Shown here: positions 47,601 to 60,820 of the stretch, piece after piece
Layout of the letters: each line of letters begins with the position of its first letter
How positions within the stretch are numbered: the first letter of the stretch is position 1
The notes under the pieces: generated by a model
Database searches by the model: none
The model's input: the letters and a program-made list of their open reading frames with translations, nothing else
What the model was told of the DNA's origin: nothing
Assembly (NCBI GenBank): GCA_002269645.1
Contig: NIVC01003877.1
Coordinates: 1 to 64,000, forward strand
DNA: 64,000 bases
Direction of reading: 5' to 3'
From: Macrostomum lignano
Taxonomy: Eukaryota
Made by a program: the position numbers and the translations under genes

Positions 47601-50600
47601 GGACGGAAAAAGTAATTATCTTTGGCTGTTCGTAATTTATGCCAATGCCAATGCCGAGTTGTGTTCAAAATTCAGAGTCAAAACATGCCAACACTGTAGC
47701 CCGGCTTGATAAAATTGCGGATTAATTCTACTTGGACAGAGGATGTTGACTTAGCTTATAGGGTGACAACTGTAGCTGAGGCAGGGAATGAAGTTTGAGA
47801 ATGCTGTCTCGGAGGCAGAGACGAAAATTTATGCGGCCAGATAATGGGGAGTTGAATACATGTATAGGCTTCTCAGTGTCTCCAGATATAAGCGCGAAAT
47901 ATGTGCATGTACTGTTATCTACGTCCCTACTATATGCATTTGTAGGTTGATGAAAAAGAGATCTAGAAAGGTATAAGCATATCGACAAGAATAGATTTCA
48001 AAAGCTTTTTAAGACATTGAAAGACTGCATATGCTGAGAAGGAGTACAGTCTATGGTCGGCAAGTCTGCCTCCTAGAATGTACATTGACTTTCTATCCCT
48101 CGCACCCGCTTTTGGTTGGTGAATGTGTACAGTCCATGGTCGGCTAGTCTGCCTCCTAGAATGTACATTGACTTTCTATCCCTCGCACCCGCTTTTGGTT
48201 TGTGAATGTGTACAGTCTATGGTCGGCAAGTCTGCCTCCTAGAATGTACATTGACTTTCTATCCCTCGCACCCGCTTTTGGTTTGTGAATGTGTACAGTC
48301 CATGGTCGGCAAGTCTGCTTCCTAGAATGTACATTGACTTTCTATCCCTCGCACCCGCTTTTGGTTTGTGAATGTGTACAGTTTATGATCGGCTAGTCTG
48401 CCTCCTAGAATGTACATTTAGTTTCTATCCCGGTCTCTCCTACTATATTATTAACCTTTTCTGCTTATATTTGTACTTTTAGAGCTAGTATTACTAGGGC
48501 GTGAGGCTTTCAGCTTTTGCCTTTTAGCAGCTAATAACGGTTAGTGATGGAACGAGTAATTAACACGAATCAGATCAAATTCTAGTTCAGGCTTGAGCCC
48601 CTATCAGATAGTCTAGTGTAGACAGTATTCCATCCCGAGTATCAATATTCCTATACTGATTATATCAGCCGGAGAACGCTCTGCTCTGCTGATATTACGC
48701 CTTGGAAATTTTTTGCTTGAGTGGAGCAAGAACTCTTTAGTATTAATAGTTTATTAAGGCCATTATTGATCAGTACATCTTAACTTAATCCCGTTGAAGA
48801 GCAAGTGCTGAGTGCAATAAACTTAGTTTTCAGTTTTTAATGCTTTTAGTTAGTGATAGTAGCAGAGCTGGAGTAGCCTGCGCAGCGTTGAAGCTGGTTA
48901 TCACTTTCCTAATCAGCTGCCCACTATTAGCACGGATGATTTGCTTGTGGTGTACTCCGTGACCCCGGATAACTCAGTTTCAACTCAGGAACTCACCTAT
49001 ATGAACTCACTTGATATATCTCATGAACTCACTAATGAACTCACTCATGATCTCACTCATGATCTCACTCATGATCTCACTCATGATCTTACTCATGATC
49101 TCACTCATGATCTTACTCATGATCTCACTCATGATCTTACTCATGATCTCACTCATGATCTCACTCATGATCTCACTCATGATCTCACTTATGATCTCAC
49201 TCATGATCTCACTCGATCATGATCTCACTCATGATCTCGCTCATAAGGGGGCAACCGACCGTGCCGCCAGTTTTTACAAGAGCACCGTGACCTTTTTAAT
49301 TGAGATTGCTCGCTAATTTTAGGGTTTTTAATAAGTCACTACAGTAAATTATTTTGCCTTATCTAATAATTGCTGCAATTAGGTGAGGTAATATGGTCAT
49401 TATTTACAAGAAAACCCGTGATATAATACACTTAATGACACTTTTACGGTGTCACGACCGCCTGCAGGAGGTAGCAAGCTATTGAAGAGATAATAAGCTA
49501 ATAGATGAATTTATAATCAGAATTTTTGTCCTATCGATTTACATGTATTTAGTAGCTAAAAACCATTCAGGGAAATCGTCAACATCGATCCGAGGTAAAT
49601 TCTCGATCATCTATCCAGACAAAAGCCTCGAAATTTAAACTAGCTGTAAAAACTAGAAAAAAAACACAAATTTTATCGCATTTTCAAAGCTTTTGAAAAA
49701 TATTGTTTCCAGGATATCGAATTTAACTTGTGCGTGCTAAGTGCTTTCTAAGAAAAACTGTTTGTCAACTTGGTTCAAACAGAAGATTTTAAAAATGATG
49801 GAAAGACTTTTTCTAACAAAACTATTTTTGCCCAGCGTTGAAACTCAGATAGCTCAACTATAGAAGGAATTTGTATGCAAATTGGCAAGATTGTAGTTTA
49901 AAATTTAATTAATTATTGTTAATATATTGTTCTCAAAATAGTCTAAATTAGAAATCAAATATATACTAAGTAAGTCTAATTAATAGTGTGTTGGCTTATT
50001 GTTTTTTTATTGTTTATTTATCAATGGTTTTAGAGTATAGTACAGCTATTTCTGAAGTTGGTGCTTCTTTTGGTGGCTATTTAAAGACGCAAAATTAGAG
50101 GGTTCATAACAATATTTTGAAAAAATATATTTTTTTCATCATAATATGCATGTACGAGTAGTATATCTTTGTTTCCAAACTGTGCTAGGCTGCTATAATA
50201 TTGCGGCGCAGTCAAACAAAGTTTTGTTTTAATTTAGTTCTCGAATTGCACGCACGCACAATTTTTTTAACCAGTCAAGCCAAACAAACGTGAGATGTAA
50301 TTATAAATTAAATAACCCTTGAAATACACGCAAAACGGAAACGAGGAACCCGCGGCTTTAGCGAAGAAATACGAGCGTAATATCCTTTCCATTTTATATC
50401 ATTTTCAATAATTTGATACGTTTGATAATTGCTTTCCGTTGAAGAAGGCCGAGACCTTGTTTGTTTTAAACACGCAGCTATAGACCTACGAGTACCTGGC
50501 TGAATCTGTATCTGAGATTATTAAAGCAGATTAGTGCACAGCAAATACAGTAAAAAACCAGTAAAACACTCCTCACGCTCACACTGCTCACAAACTTTCA

Positions 50601-53289
50601 GCTGACTGAAAACTCAAAGTTAGCAATCTGCATTACTTTTTTCATGCAAAGTGCTACTTTAAATGTATATTATTAAACTTCTTTTCAAGGCAGAAATGAC
50701 TAGGTGCGTGAAAACCAAGCATTTCACCCCTCACTGAAAGGGTGCGGACTCATTCGGTCATTCGACTTGACTTGCTCTGGCTGCCGATCTACCTGCCGAT
50801 CTATCTGCCGATCTACCTGCCGATCAATTTACAGATTTATCTACCGATCTATCTATTGATCTATCTGCCGATCTATCTGCCAATCTATCTACTGATCTGT
50901 CTACTGATCTATCTGCTGATCTATCTGCCGATCTATCTGCCGATCTATCTACTGATCTATCTGCCGATCTATCTACCAATAAATCCACCCTCAAAATTGC
51001 GTAACTCGGCTCGCTATCCAAATCAGAGTATCACCCAACAATTTGCACAGCTGTAAAAAATAAAAATCAAGCATGGACTTGAGCAGAGGTGAGCAGGCAT
51101 TTCTGAAGAGAAGACGAAAAATCAGCCCAGTGGATGCATATATGTATAGGCAGATACTCGACCTGCAGTCTGAAGCAGTGAGAGAGCAGGAAGGAAGTTG
51201 GGGGAATTATATACTTTCTGGGATGGGATTTTCGAATTCTATCGAATTCCCACGCTGTAGAGGCTGCTGCCGTCTGCACAGCTGATAGAAGCCAACGGAC
51301 TGTGAAAACCGACGGCAGCTGCAACGGATGTCTAATAGACCAGCTAACTAGGGAATTCCCGGCCGCCTAGCAACCCCATTCGAATGCGGCTCTCAGACTG
51401 AGACCTTGTGCTTGTGGAATAACCCACCACTTAATCCCGACAGCGATGCCAACCCTGCAGAAATTGCTGACTGCCTCTCTCTGCCTCTCTGCCTCCCCCT
51501 CTGCCTCTCTGCCTCCCCCTCTGCCTCTCTGCCTCCCCTCTGCCTCTCTGCCTCCCCCTCTGCCTCTCTGCCTCCCCTCTGCCTCTCTGCCTCCCCCTCT
51601 GCCTCCCTGCCCCCTCTGCCTCCCTGCCTTCCCCTCTGCCTCCCTGCCTTCCCCTCTGCCTTCCGCCTCCCCTCTGCCTCCCTGCCTTCCCCTCTGCCTC
51701 CCTGCCTCCCCTCTGCCTCTCTGCCCCCCTCTGTCTCCCCCTCTGCCTCTGCCTTCCTCTCTGCCTCTCTGCCCCCCTCTGTCTCCCCCTCTGCCTCTCT
51801 GCCTTCCTCTCTGCCTCCCCTCTGCCTCTCTGCCTCTCTGCCTCCCCTTCTGCCTCTCTGCCTCTCTGCCTCCCCTCTGCCTCTCTGCCCCCCTCTGTCT
51901 CCCCCTCTGCCTCTCTGCCTCCCCTCTGCCTCTCTGCCCCCCCTCTGTCTCCCCCTCTGCCTCTCTGCCCTCCCCTCTGTCTCTCTGCCTTCCCCTCTGC
52001 CTCCCTGCCTTCCCCTCTGCCTCCCTGCCTCCCCCTCTGCCTCCCTGCCTCCCCTCTGCCTCTCTGCCCCCCTCTGTCTCCCCCCTCTGCCTCTGCCTTC
52101 TCTCTGCCTCTCTGCCTGCCTCTCTGCCTCCCCTCTGCCTCTCTGCCTCTCTGCCTCCCCTTCTGCCTCTCTGCCTCTCTGCCTCTCTGCCTCCCCTCTG
52201 CCTCTCTGCCCCCCCTCTGTCTCCCCCTCTGCCTCTCTGCCTCCCCTCTGCCTCTCTGCCCCCCTCTGTCTCCCCCTCTGCCTCTCTGCCCTCCCCTCTG
52301 TCTCTCTGCCTTCCCCTCTGCCTCCCTGCCTTCCCCTCTGCCTCCCTGCCTCCCCCTCTGCCTCTCTGCCTCCCCCTCTGCCTCTCTGCCTCCCCTTCTG
52401 CCTCTCTGCCTCCCCTCTGCCTCTCTGCCTCCCCTTCTGCCTCCCTGCCTCCCCCTCTGCCTCCCTGCCTCCCCCTCTGCCTCTCTGCCTCCTCCTCTGC
52501 CTCCCTGCCTCCCGCTCTGCCTCTCTGCCTCCCCCTCTGCCTCTCTGCCTCCCCCTCTGCCTCCCCCTCTACCTCCCCCTGTGCCTCCCCTCTGTCATCT
52601 ATCAATATCCAAATATCCCAATCTTCCAGGTAAGTCCCCAGACAAGCCACATCTCGCAGACTCACCTGCGGCAGACTGCACAGCAGTGAGGCTCCGACCG
52701 AAACGGCCAGAAGCAGTCGCGCTCTCCGCCCAGCCGTCGTGATGCTCAAAGGCCTGCTCACAGCCAAATACCTGTCTATCGCTATCGAAGTTACAATAAA
52801 TGACGACAAATACAAGCCGAAAGCCGATATGACTCGATAGAATTTGCACAGCCATCTGCCTCCGTACCATGTGTGCGTGAGCATAGTAATTAGCTCAACT
52901 AGCGGAGTAATTAGTACGGCCAAATCAGCCAATGCCAGGTGCATGATAAAATAGTTCACTTTGCTCCATCGGCGCCGGTTTAGGTACAGGTTAATGGCCA
53001 CAATCAGATTACCAGCCAGAGAGAGTAGGACAATTAGCAACAGACAGGTGAAAGCTGCGGTTTTGAATGGCAGGTACTGAATGCGACAGCTCTGCGACTG
53101 GTTCACCTCAGGGACTGTGAATGACAACACTTGGCCGACTTGATCCGGGTGGAACTGGTAGTCCATGGTCAGGTTGTGGTGCAGAAAGTTGTCTGTCAGG
53201 TGAGTCCAGATGTCAAAACAGCGAGGCTGATTGGCGTCCTCCTGACGGCTGGGTCGGAGACTCGTCACCAGCGACAGACTGCCGGTCAT
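41657..53289 (-). CDS. Class A neuropeptide GPCR, GnRH/AKH/vasopressin receptor superfamily, 6 exons, ~504 aa
   Basis: Exons 53289-52666, 46475-46256, 45499-45347, 44350-44272, 42392-42313 and 42015-41657, with consistent phases. Motifs GN (TM1), [62 protein letters not shown] and [11 protein letters not shown]. Confidence 0.88.
42045..42210. repeat. ~36-bp tandem repeat in GPCR intron 5
   Basis: GTGACTGTGTGATGAGGAGTGGCTGTGTGTTGCTG units. Confidence 0.8.
42432..44180. repeat. 10-bp minisatellite (TCCCATCTCA)n with variant units
   Basis: A ~1.75-kb array filling GPCR intron 4. Confidence 0.97.
44608..45340. repeat. Purine-rich arrays: 15-bp (GAGAGGACAGGACA)-type at 44608-44882 and 10-bp (GACAGGAGCA)n at ~45090-45340
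   Basis: Directly visible. Confidence 0.92.
45598..46190. repeat. 32-bp minisatellite (AGACAGGTAATAAAACTTCAATCCCCACCTTC)n
   Basis: About 18 units filling GPCR intron 2. Confidence 0.95.
46530..47387. repeat. Two adjacent 20-bp arrays: (AGAGAGGAGAGGACAGGGGC)n and (GGTGCCCCACAGCCCTCCAA)n
   Basis: Directly visible. Confidence 0.93.
48042..48425. repeat. 83-bp tandem repeat, ~4.5 copies
   Basis: GTCTGCCTCCTAGAATGTACATTG recurs with an 83-bp period. Confidence 0.9.
49010..49240. repeat. 12-bp minisatellite (CTCACTCATGAT)n
   Basis: Directly visible. Confidence 0.92.
50780..50980. repeat. 12-bp (GATCTATCTGCC)n array
   Basis: Same family as 53308-53865. Confidence 0.88.
51470..52590. repeat. Pyrimidine-rich (CTCTGCCTCCCC)-type array in GPCR intron 1
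   Basis: Directly visible; it is the source of the spurious GR/AE-rich ORF extension. Confidence 0.92.
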
Positions 53290-53307
53290 GCTTGACTGCT
53301 CTGGCGG

Positions 53308-53865
53308 CCCGATCTATCTGCCGATCTATCTGCCGATCTATCTGCCGATCTATCTGCCGATCTATCTGCCGATCTATCTGCCGATCTATCTGCCGATCTA
53401 TCTGCCGATCTATCTGCCGATCTATCTGCCGATCTATCTGCCGATATATCTGCCGATCTATCTGCCGATCTATCTGCCGATCTATCTGCCGATCTATCTG
53501 CCGATCTATCTGCCGATCTATCTGCCGATCTATCTGCTGATCTATCTGCCGATCTATCTGCCGATCTATCTGCCGATCTATCTGCTGATCTATCTGCCGA
53601 TCTATCTGCCGATCTATCTGCCGATCTATCTATCTGTCGATCTATCTACTATAATCTATCTACCGATCTATCTGCCTATCTTTCTACTGATTTATCTACC
53701 GATCTATCTAGCGATCTATCTGCCGATATATCTGCCGATATATCTACTAATCTATCTACTGATCTATCAGTTGATCTATCAGTATCCGATCTATCTGCCG
53801 ATCTATCTACTGATCTATCTACTGATCTATCTACTGATCTATCTACTGATTTATCTGCCGATCCG
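53308..53865. repeat. 12-bp (GATCTATCTGCC)n array abutting the GPCR start codon
   Basis: The array ends ~20 bp from the ATG at 53289. Confidence 0.93.
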
Positions 53866-54439
53866 AGTTCAAAGCCGCAACAGGGCTTGCTTTTTTACGA
53901 TCATGAAAAAACCTCAAAACTCAAACAATGTATGTATGCCGCTGTCGGAGCGCCTGCAGTCAACAATGTAAAAGTTATTAGCTAAAAATAGCCAGATGAT
54001 CTGCTCAAAGACATGAAATGCTGGGCGCCTCTTCTCTCCCTGAAGACGGACAACCTGGCACGGCAGGGGGGCATGGGTGCGAATTTCAATCCTTTTCTGA
54101 AGTCGGAAGCCAAACTATTGATATTTTTAACTTGGCATTGACGAATATCAGACGGCCAAACTGACAAGCACAATGTGGCTGCATAGCTTTAATGTACTTT
54201 TGTACTTATGGATCATTTGATGGTACGGCATAATCTCTGATTGCGTGCAATTTTCTCTTGTTTGCAGTTTCATTTTCCTGTCGGGTATTCCCTATTTATA
54301 CAACTGCTTGAGTCTATAGTCGCCTGGACACTGAGCTAGAATGGAATCCTCTCCGCTCAGCATCCTGCATCACTTTGTTAGTCTGAGTGCCCTTCTGTGT
54401 GCACGATCGTGTTCTGTACTATTCATATTTATCCCAACT

Positions 54440-54800
54440 TCTCCACCCACTGCTCCTCCCCTTTCTCTCTCTCACTCTCTTCTCTACTTCTTAACTCTAC
54501 CATCTACCACTCCACTATCCCTCCCGTCTCCCCTCCCTCTCCTGTTCCTCACCCCTTTCCGTCTCTACTTCTCAACTCTACCCCCTAACTCTACCTCTCC
54601 ACTCTACCTCTCTCCATTCTACCCTCCACTCTACCCTCCATTCTATCTCCTGACTCTACCTCTCCCCTCTACCTCTCCCCTCTACCTCTCCCCTCTACCT
54701 CTCCCCTCTACCTCTACCCTAGATCTACCTCTCCATTCTTCCCTCTCCCCTCCTTCCAACTCTCCCCTCTCCCTCTCCATTCTCAACCGCTCCACTCTCA
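54440..54800. repeat. CT-rich low-complexity tract
   Basis: CTCTACCTCTCCC-like units. Confidence 0.75.
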
Positions 54801-55254
54801 CCTCTTTCTTCCCTTCTCTCCCTCGTGTTGCCCACCAGTTGTTTTGACTTGCACAATTAGGGATCAGCAAAGTGACACACACCGACTCATTAAAAACCGC
54901 TTCTAATGTGCTCCATATTGAACATGTAATACAATAATAGTACACACCGCATCGCTGCATCTGAGAACAGCTTAGCTAACAACTACTATGTATGCAAATG
55001 GCGCCCAACTCAAAGCCTGATTCAGCCGTTTCAGCAACTGCTGCCAGGGACTGATAAGTGGCTCTTTACTCCTCACTCTATGCTCACTGTATGCAGTATA
55101 GCTGCTCAACCCTAATTAGGCATTCCTAGTTAATTAAGCACTACTAATTGAAGGTAATTCCATCTATAAATATATATTTGATATATTTATCATACTGCTG
55201 CACTATGAATCACTATGGAATGACCTGGAGTGACAAATTATGGAGTGACAAAAC

Positions 55255-55585
55255 TATGCAGCAGGTCACACTGTGGAGTGACATATTCTGCAGCAGGTCA
55301 CACTGTGGAGTGACACACCCCCGCAGCAGGTCACACTATGGAGTGACACACCCCCGCAGCAGGTCACACTGTGGAGTGACACACCCCCGCAGCAGGTCAC
55401 ACTGTGGAGTGACACACCCCCGCAGCAGGTCACACTGTGGAGTGACACCCCCGCAGCAGGTCACACTATGGAGTGACACACCCCCGCAGCAGGTCACACT
55501 GTGGAGTGACATTCTGCAGCAGGTCACACTGTGGAGTGACATTCTACAGCAGGTCACACTGTGGAGTGACACACCCCCGCAGCAA
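55255..55585. repeat. 33-bp minisatellite (GCAGCAGGTCACACTGTGGAGTGACACACCCCC)n
   Basis: About 10 units, with an internal GTCAC/GTGAC inverted repeat. Confidence 0.9.
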
Positions 55586-56254
55586 AGAAGTATGTCAACA
55601 AGAACTGCATTGGCTTCTCCAACTGCATGCATTGCCTGTAAGGCCAGTAAGGCCTTTTAGTGCATCTTCTATGCATAATTATAAATTGTGCAACTCGCAA
55701 AAACTAATGAAATGCAATATCGCGTGTAGGTTTGGGGCTTCTCATCATTTGAGGACATGCAAATTTTAGTTGGCTTCATCGGATCGAAGACTTCACTTGA
55801 GCTGAAGGCAGGAAAGAGACTAAACAGCATAGCGAAACCTCGTGTGGGGAGCATTAATTTAAACTGACACTTTGTTATGAGGTCCAGTCTGTTTGTTTTG
55901 ATCTGGGCAAAACGTTTGATAGCGTTGATTAAATATGATTTCGGCCACTTTATTGAAGGGCAGACATTTCGGTTGAGGGGATGCCATTTCAGTTGAGGGG
56001 ATGCCATTTCTCGGTGTTTTCTCGGCCGGACAGTAAAGTCCATATAATGAATCAAATTTGGCTTTTACTCAATCAATAAGGTCAGACCTGGGAAGTGAAG
56101 AATAACGCACATAAACACGGATTAGGAACTTACGTAGATGCTGATAAGGCAGGTAGGTCTTCTCTCTGGCTAAAATTGTACCAACACTTGCGGTAGAGAG
56201 AGCCTGATAAAGCAGGATAGCCAGCAGGATCCTGTATCAGTTGACGCTTCCAAT

Positions 56255-56335
56255 TTAACTGATGCGATCTAAACTCTCATTGGCTGGGCGAGCCTCGTCC
56301 AATGAGCAGCCGCCGCCATGGGAAAGACGGGCAGG
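56255..56335. promoter_or_regulatory. Candidate promoter with two oppositely oriented CCAAT boxes
   Basis: CTCATTGG (56276) and CCAATGAG (56299). On the minus strand an Inr-like TCAGTT lies at ~56257-56262 and a donor TAC|GTAAGT at ~56130. On the plus strand GCCGCCGCCATGG has its ATG at 56318. Confidence 0.3.
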
Positions 56336-56479
56336 TGCTTCTGTACTATAATTCAGAGCGAGCCCGCGGGCTCCTCCTGTTTCGTGAAAATTGAAAATAC
56401 CAACTTGAATCACTTCGCAATTAAAATATACAGGGCAAACATTGTTTTATGAATTGCAAGAAAAGTACAAACGATTATC

Positions 56480-57312
56480 TCAAATAGTCAGCGACAATTC
56501 AGGTTGAATAATCTCAAATAGTCAGCGACAATTCAGGTTGAATAATCTCAAATAGTCAGCGACAATTCAGGTTGAATAATCTCAAATAGTCAGCGACAAT
56601 TCAGGTTGAATAATCTCAAATAGTCAGCGACAATTCAGGTTGAATAATCTCAAATAGTCAGCGACAATTCAGGTTGAATAATCTCAAATAGTCAGCGACA
56701 ATTCAGGTTGAATAATCTCAAATAGTCAGCGACAATTCAGGTTGAATAATCTCAAATAGTCAGTGACATTTCAGGTTGAATAATCTCAAATAGTCAGCGA
56801 CACTTCAGGTTGAATAATCTCAAATAGTCAGCGACAATTCAGGTTGAATAATCTCAAATAGTCAGCGACAATTCAGGTTGAATAATCTCAAATAGTCAGC
56901 GACAATTCAGGTTGAATAATCTCAAATAGTCAGCGACACTTCAGGTTGAATAATCTCAAATAGTCAGCGACACTTCAGGTTGAATAATCTCAAATAGTCA
57001 GCGACAATTCAGGTTGAATAATCTCAAATAGTCAGCGACAATTCAGGTTGAATAATCTCAAATAGTCAGCGACAATTCAGGTTGAATAATCTCAAATAGT
57101 CAGCGACACTTCAGGTTGAATAATCTCAAATAGTCAGTGACACTTCAGGTTGAATAATCTCAAATAGTCAGTGACACTTCAGGTTGAATAATCTCAAATA
57201 GTCAGCGACACTTCAGGTTGAATAATCTCAAATAGTCAGCGACACTTCAGGTTGAATAATCTCAAATAGTCAGCGACACTTCAGGTTGAATAATCTCAAA
57301 TAGTCAGCGATA
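56480..57312. repeat. 34-bp minisatellite (AATAATCTCAAATAGTCAGCGACAATTCAGGTTG)n, ~24 copies
   Basis: Near-perfect tandem units without spacers. Confidence 0.97.
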
Positions 57313-57604
57313 CTTAAGGCTATCTCATCTTTCCAATGCTGTCTGCTTTCCTGACTTGTCTTTTATTCCCATGCAAGTTCCCGCTAAATGCAAGCAGCTC
57401 AAGTTGCAGACGCAAGCACGAAAAGGTGCAGGTTTAAAAGCAGTTTGATTTTTTAATCAAAGAGCAGCCCCGCGTTCCAGTGGCTGCACGCTTCTTCCGC
57501 GCCTCTTCCAAGTAAAAGAAAATGAGTTCATAATTAAAAGATTTTCGGATCGCTGAGCTCTCTTTGATGCGCCCGACCTTTGCGTGGGACGAGTTTGCGA
57601 TGGA

Positions 57605-59775
57605 GACATGGGATGTTTATCCATAGGAATCGGGGATGCTTATCCATGGGAATCGGGGATGCTTATCTGTGGGAATTCGGGATGCTCATCCATGGGAATC
57701 GGGGATGCTTATCTGTGGGAATTCGGGATGCTCATCCATGGGTACATGGGATGCTTATCCATAGGGACATGGGATGCTTATCCATAGGGACATGGGATGC
57801 TCATCCATGGGTACATGGGATGCTTATCCATAGGGACATGGGATGCTCATCCATGGGTACATGGGATGCTTATCCATAGGGACATGGGATGCTTATCCAT
57901 GGGGATGTGGGATGCTTATCCATAGGGAAATGGGATGCTCATCCATGGGTACATGGGATGCTTATCCATAGGGACATGGGATGCTTATCCATAGGGACAT
58001 GGGATGCTTATCCATAGGGACATGGGATGCTTATCCATAGGGACATGGGATGCTTATCCATAGGGACATGGGATGCTTATCCATAGGGACATGGGATGCT
58101 TATCCATAGGGACATGGGTCGATGCTTATCCATAGGGACATGGGATGCTTATCCATGGGAATCGGGGATGCATATCTGTGGGAATTCGGGATGCTTATCC
58201 ATGGGAATAGGGGATGCTTATCTGTGGGAATCCCGCATATGGACTTTGTCCGCCGCGACCTTAACAACATCCACATGGACCTGGGCAATGTGGATAGTCG
58301 ACCTCCCGCCCTCAACATCAGGAGGGGCTTCAAGACCGCCATCCCTGGCCGAGACAACATTCCGCTGGATGTCGGTGTGAACCGGCGCAGCCAGGGCATT
58401 CACTGCTTCACCGACGGCTCGCTGTTCAACGGCCGCGCTGGAGCGGGTATTGCCATTTTCCACGAGGGTAAGATGCTTCTCCAGGAAAGTCTGCACCTCG
58501 GTGAGAACACCTCAGTTTTCCAAGCTGAAATTTGCGCCATCGAGCAGTGTGCCCAGCAACTGTTTCAGGCGAACATTAATAATTTTGACATTAATTTCTA
58601 CACTGATAGCCAAGCTGCTATTAAGGCCTTAACCACTGAGAATATCTCCGCTGCTACAGTATCTCAATGCCACCGCAGTGTGCAATCTCTCTCAGTCCTT
58701 AACAGGATTAGAATTATCTGGACACCTGGTCACAGCAACATCCTGGGCAACGAGCTCGCAGACTCTCTCGCCAAGGAGGGCAGCAACCCAGACGGCAACC
58801 ACCGTCTGATGAGGCTACCCACCCCCAGGTCGCAAGTCACCCGCCATATCAACAGGTGGCTCCATCAGCAGCACCAGCTCCACTGGAACAGCTGCACCGA
58901 GTACAGGCAGAGCCGCTCTGCCATGCCTAACCTGAACAGGAAAGTCTCTGATTATCTGATTTCGCTTAACAGAACCGACCTCAGGGAGATGTGCATGGTC
59001 CTAACCGGCCACGGATTCTTCCAGAGACATATATCGTTGCAAACCGGTTGCCCTCCCACCTGCCCCTTCTGTGGCATAGGAGAGGAGACCGCGGAGCATC
59101 ACGTCACCTTCTGCCCTTACTTCAACAAGGCGCGGCACAAATACCTCGGCCACCCCCAGCGGATGGACGAGCTGACCACCGCGGACAATATCCGAGACCT
59201 CCGCGCCTTCGTCCGGGACTCCGGCCGGATGAGGGTCGCCGATGCCTCCACTGCGGACCTGCCGACTACTGGCGGGGACTGGGCGCACCCCCAAGGCTAA
59301 TCCTTGTGCTCTTTTACCTTGGGGTTGCGATAGGGGCCTCGCGGCCTATTCGCGGCGCCTGCGCCCCCCGTCAGTAGTAAGTAAGTAAGTATCTGTGGGA
59401 ATTCGGGATGCTTATCCATGGGTACATGGGATGCTTATCCATGGGTACATGGGATGCGTGTCCATAGGGACATGGGATGCTTATCCATGGGGATATGGGA
59501 TGCTTATCCATAGGGACATGGGATGCTTATCCATGGGGATATGGGATGCTCATCCATGGGTACATGGGATGCTTATCCATAGGGACATGGGATGCTTATC
59601 CATAGGGACATGGGATGCTCATCCATGGGTACATGGGATGCTCATCCATGGGTACATGGGATGCTTATCCATAGGGACATGGGATGCTTATCCATAGGGA
59701 CAAGGGATGCTTATCCATAGGGACATGGGATGCTTATCCATAGGGACATGGGATGGGATGCTTATCCATGGGGAT
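57605..59775. repeat. 23-bp minisatellite (ATGGGATGCTTATCCATAGGGAC)n, split by a LINE insertion
   Basis: Units at ~57605-58231 and 59390-~59775. Confidence 0.95.
58232..59389 (+). mobile_element. 5'-truncated non-LTR retrotransposon 3' end with RNase H domain and Cys/His motif (I/R1-like group)
   Basis: Open frame with FTDGS...[10 protein letters not shown]...[12 protein letters not shown]...[20 protein letters not shown] (RNase H), LTGHG and [15 protein letters not shown]; (TAAG)n tail; 13-bp TSD TATCTGTGGGAAT at 58219-58231 and 59390-59402. Confidence 0.92.
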
Positions 59776-60484
59776 TTAGGATGCATTAAAAAATCAAAAC
59801 AGGAAGCGAGGATGCCTATCTGAGCTTAGAAAAGTAAAAACTTATAAAGTTGAGACAAATTTCAGAGCCATCCATCAGGCGAGCTGCTCTGAGGCTGGAA
59901 TGAGCAGCAGGTTAAGCTGCTCAGACAGGCACTCATAAATCAATCAATCACTAAGGCGCACAGCATACAGAACAAAAAGCTTAGGAAGTACTTTTTTCAT
60001 ATCGTACAATTCTTGAGTAAAAACATGGCTGTAGAGATCTTTCAAGTCTCTTGCATCTTGTGTCTGGTGTATTTAAAAGCAATCAATAAACTCCGAAAGC
60101 GACCGCAACAAGTATATAAAACTGAATGAATAAAAGTTTTCTTGGGAATTACTAGCGAATTATTGATTAATATCCAACAGTCGGTTTTTATTCTTTATAA
60201 TATGAAAAGTTTATTGATATAAAAATCAATAATTCCTGTATGTACAATTGTACACAGAAAAGTTTACCCGAGAGTACAAAATTTTTTTCAACAAGCAAGT
60301 TTTCGATTATAGGCTACGAAAGTATTTACTTAATTTGGGCGATCTACATAGCAGGGCATGTATGAGTACAAACAGACAACAAATTAATACTGAAATCACC
60401 AAAAACTTGCTGTGCAGATTAAATTTAAATGTCAGCAATAATTATTGTTTTTCCTTATTGTTTAATATGCGAATTAAGTGCTAA

Positions 60485-60820
60485 ATTACTGAAGTAGAAG
60501 AGTACTGAAGTAGAAGAGTACTAAAGTACTAGAGTACTAAAGTGCTAGAGTACTAAAGTGCTAGAGTACTAAAATGCTAGAGTACTAAAGTACTAGAGTA
60601 CTAAAGTACTAGAGTACTAAAGTACTAGAGTACTAAAGTACTAGAGTACTAAAGTACTAGAGTACTAAAGTAATAAAGTACCAAAGTGCTAGAGTACTAA
60701 AGTACTAGAGTACGAAAACACTAGAGTACTAAAGTACTAGGGTACTAAATAAAGTACTAGAGTACTAAAGTACTAGTACTAAAAATAGAATACTGAAGTA
60801 CTAGAACACTAAAGTACTAG
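60485..60820. repeat. 16-bp AGTACT-based minisatellite (AGTACTAGAGTACTAA)n
   Basis: Directly visible. Confidence 0.92.

Noticed and set aside
55255-55585. RSS/Transib heptamer CACTGTG in each 33-bp unit
   Set aside because: There is no nonamer at 12/23 spacing and no transposase; chance occurrence is likely.
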